From NCBI GenBank assembly GCA_965202805.1, contig OZ241869.1, positions 1,536,001 through 1,600,000 of the forward strand: a stretch of 64,000 bases of DNA. Direction: 5' to 3'. This document shows positions 63,149-64,000 of the stretch, piece by piece. The notes under the pieces are model-generated. The model made no database searches. It was not told the DNA's origin and saw only the letters and a program-made list of their open reading frames with translations. The first letter of the stretch is position 1. Every line of letters starts with the position of its first letter. A program made the position numbers and the translations under genes. Source of the stretch: Longimicrobiales bacterium (GTDB taxonomy: Bacteria; Gemmatimonadota; Gemmatimonadetes; Longimicrobiales; Gaopeijiaceae).

Positions 63149-63958
63149 TCAGTCTGGAACGAACGCCACGATGCGCAGCGGCCCTCCGCTGCCCCCCACG
63201 ATCTTCATGGGCAGCGCCACGACGAAGGCGCCCCACTCGGGAAGCTCCGGGAGGGAAGCCACGTTCTCATAGCCCGGGATGTTCTCCCAGTAGAGGATGC
63301 GGTGCGTCTCGAAGGCGCTCGACTGCCCGTAGTCGAGGCTGGGCGTGTCGAGGCCCAGCGCCGCAATGTCGCGGTTTTCGACCAGCCACTGCGCCGCCTC
63401 CGGGTCCAGTCCCGGGAAGTGGAGCTCCGGAATCGCCTCCTCGCCTCGCAGGCCAGTCCCCAGGTAGCGGACGGGGTCCGGCCAGCGGTCGGCCCAGCCG
63501 GTATCGAGCAGGACGGTCGTCCCCGCCGGGATGGGACCATGGCGCGCCTCCCACGCGGCGATCGCCTCCACCCCCACCTGGTGGTCCGGGTTGTCACCCG
63601 CCGGGTCGCGGATGACGGCCGCCGGCCCGATCAGGGCGGAAAGAGGGATCTGCGCGGTTGATATCCTCCCCTCGGCGAAGTGGATGGGAGCGTCGACATG
63701 GGTGCCGCCGTGTTCGGACGACGCGAAGTTGAAGGCGGCGTAGAAGTACCCGCCCTCGGTCATGCCGTAGGCGACCGTGTCCAGCACGAACGGATCCGCG
63801 GTGGGCCAGAAGACGGCGTCGGCGGATACGTCGTGGGTCAGGTCGAGCCACCTGCCGCCGGAGCCGTCGAATACCGCCGCATGGTCCGGGGTCGCCGGCG
63901 CGCATCCCGAAGCCAGCGCGAGCGCGATGATGATGTGAAGTCCGGTCGTTCGTTTCAT
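63149..63958 (-). CDS. Cyclase family (kynurenine formamidase-like) metal hydrolase, probable lipoprotein
   Basis: Lipobox LASGC; HGGTHVDAPIHF, DTPSLD, GYENV, PMKIVGGSGGPLR; GGAGG RBS. Confidence 0.88.
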   Translation of the reverse strand: MKRTTGLHIIIALALASGCAPATPDHAAVFDGSGGRWLDLTHDVSADAVFWPTADPFVLDTVAYGMTEGGYFYAAFNFASSEHGGTHVDAPIHFAEGRISTAQIPLSALIGPAAVIRDPAGDNPDHQVGVEAIAAWEARHGPIPAGTTVLLDTGWADRWPDPVRYLGTGLRGEEAIPELHFPGLDPEAAQWLVENRDIAALGLDTPSLDYGQSSAFETHRILYWENIPGYENVASLPELPEWGAFVVALPMKIVGGSGGPLRIVAFVPD

Positions 63959-64000
63959 GAAAACCTCCTCCCACGACGCGCAATGAGGGCCGCCATGTCT

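Overview
GC-rich (roughly 70% by eye) bacterial chromosomal window with about 46 CDS and one tRNA-Ala(TGC). I found no rRNA, CRISPR array, integrase or transposase. Main blocks: (1) ilvH fragment, an exported S9 peptidase and an FAH-family protein. (2) A ~9.5 kb candidate defence island (5.1-14.5 kb): hicB-hicA, a 1922-aa sacsin-like GHKL ATPase with a C-terminal DUF3883-type nuclease domain, an XRE-HTH/ImmA-IrrE metallopeptidase fusion, an AT-rich palindromic operator with overlapping promoters, a small unknown protein and a PD-(D/E)XK nuclease. (3) Peptide/amino-acid catabolic genes, tRNA-Ala, gmhB/hldE-like heptose genes and a double-spondin lipoprotein. (4) A 3434-aa type I PKS (KS-AT-DH-MT-ER-KR-ACP-KS-AT*) with the architecture of sponge-symbiont SupA PKSs, plus a free ACP, an unusual NCS2 permease-HATPase-like fusion and an alpha/beta hydrolase nearby. 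(5) Housekeeping genes (greA, purE, tyrS) and a classical menaquinone cluster menF-D-B-A-E lacking menH/menC. (6) A Tat-exported aminotransferase, CAAX protease, ActP-like symporter, D-aminoacylase and cyclase. Non-coding highlights: a 28-bp dif-like palindrome, a 27-bp tandem-palindrome motif found twice between convergent genes, two unannotated small ORFs with very strong Shine-Dalgarno sequences, and a 19-bp duplication of the PKS 3' end. All calls come from manual motif reading, not database searches. A marine-invertebrate (sponge) symbiont origin is an inference.
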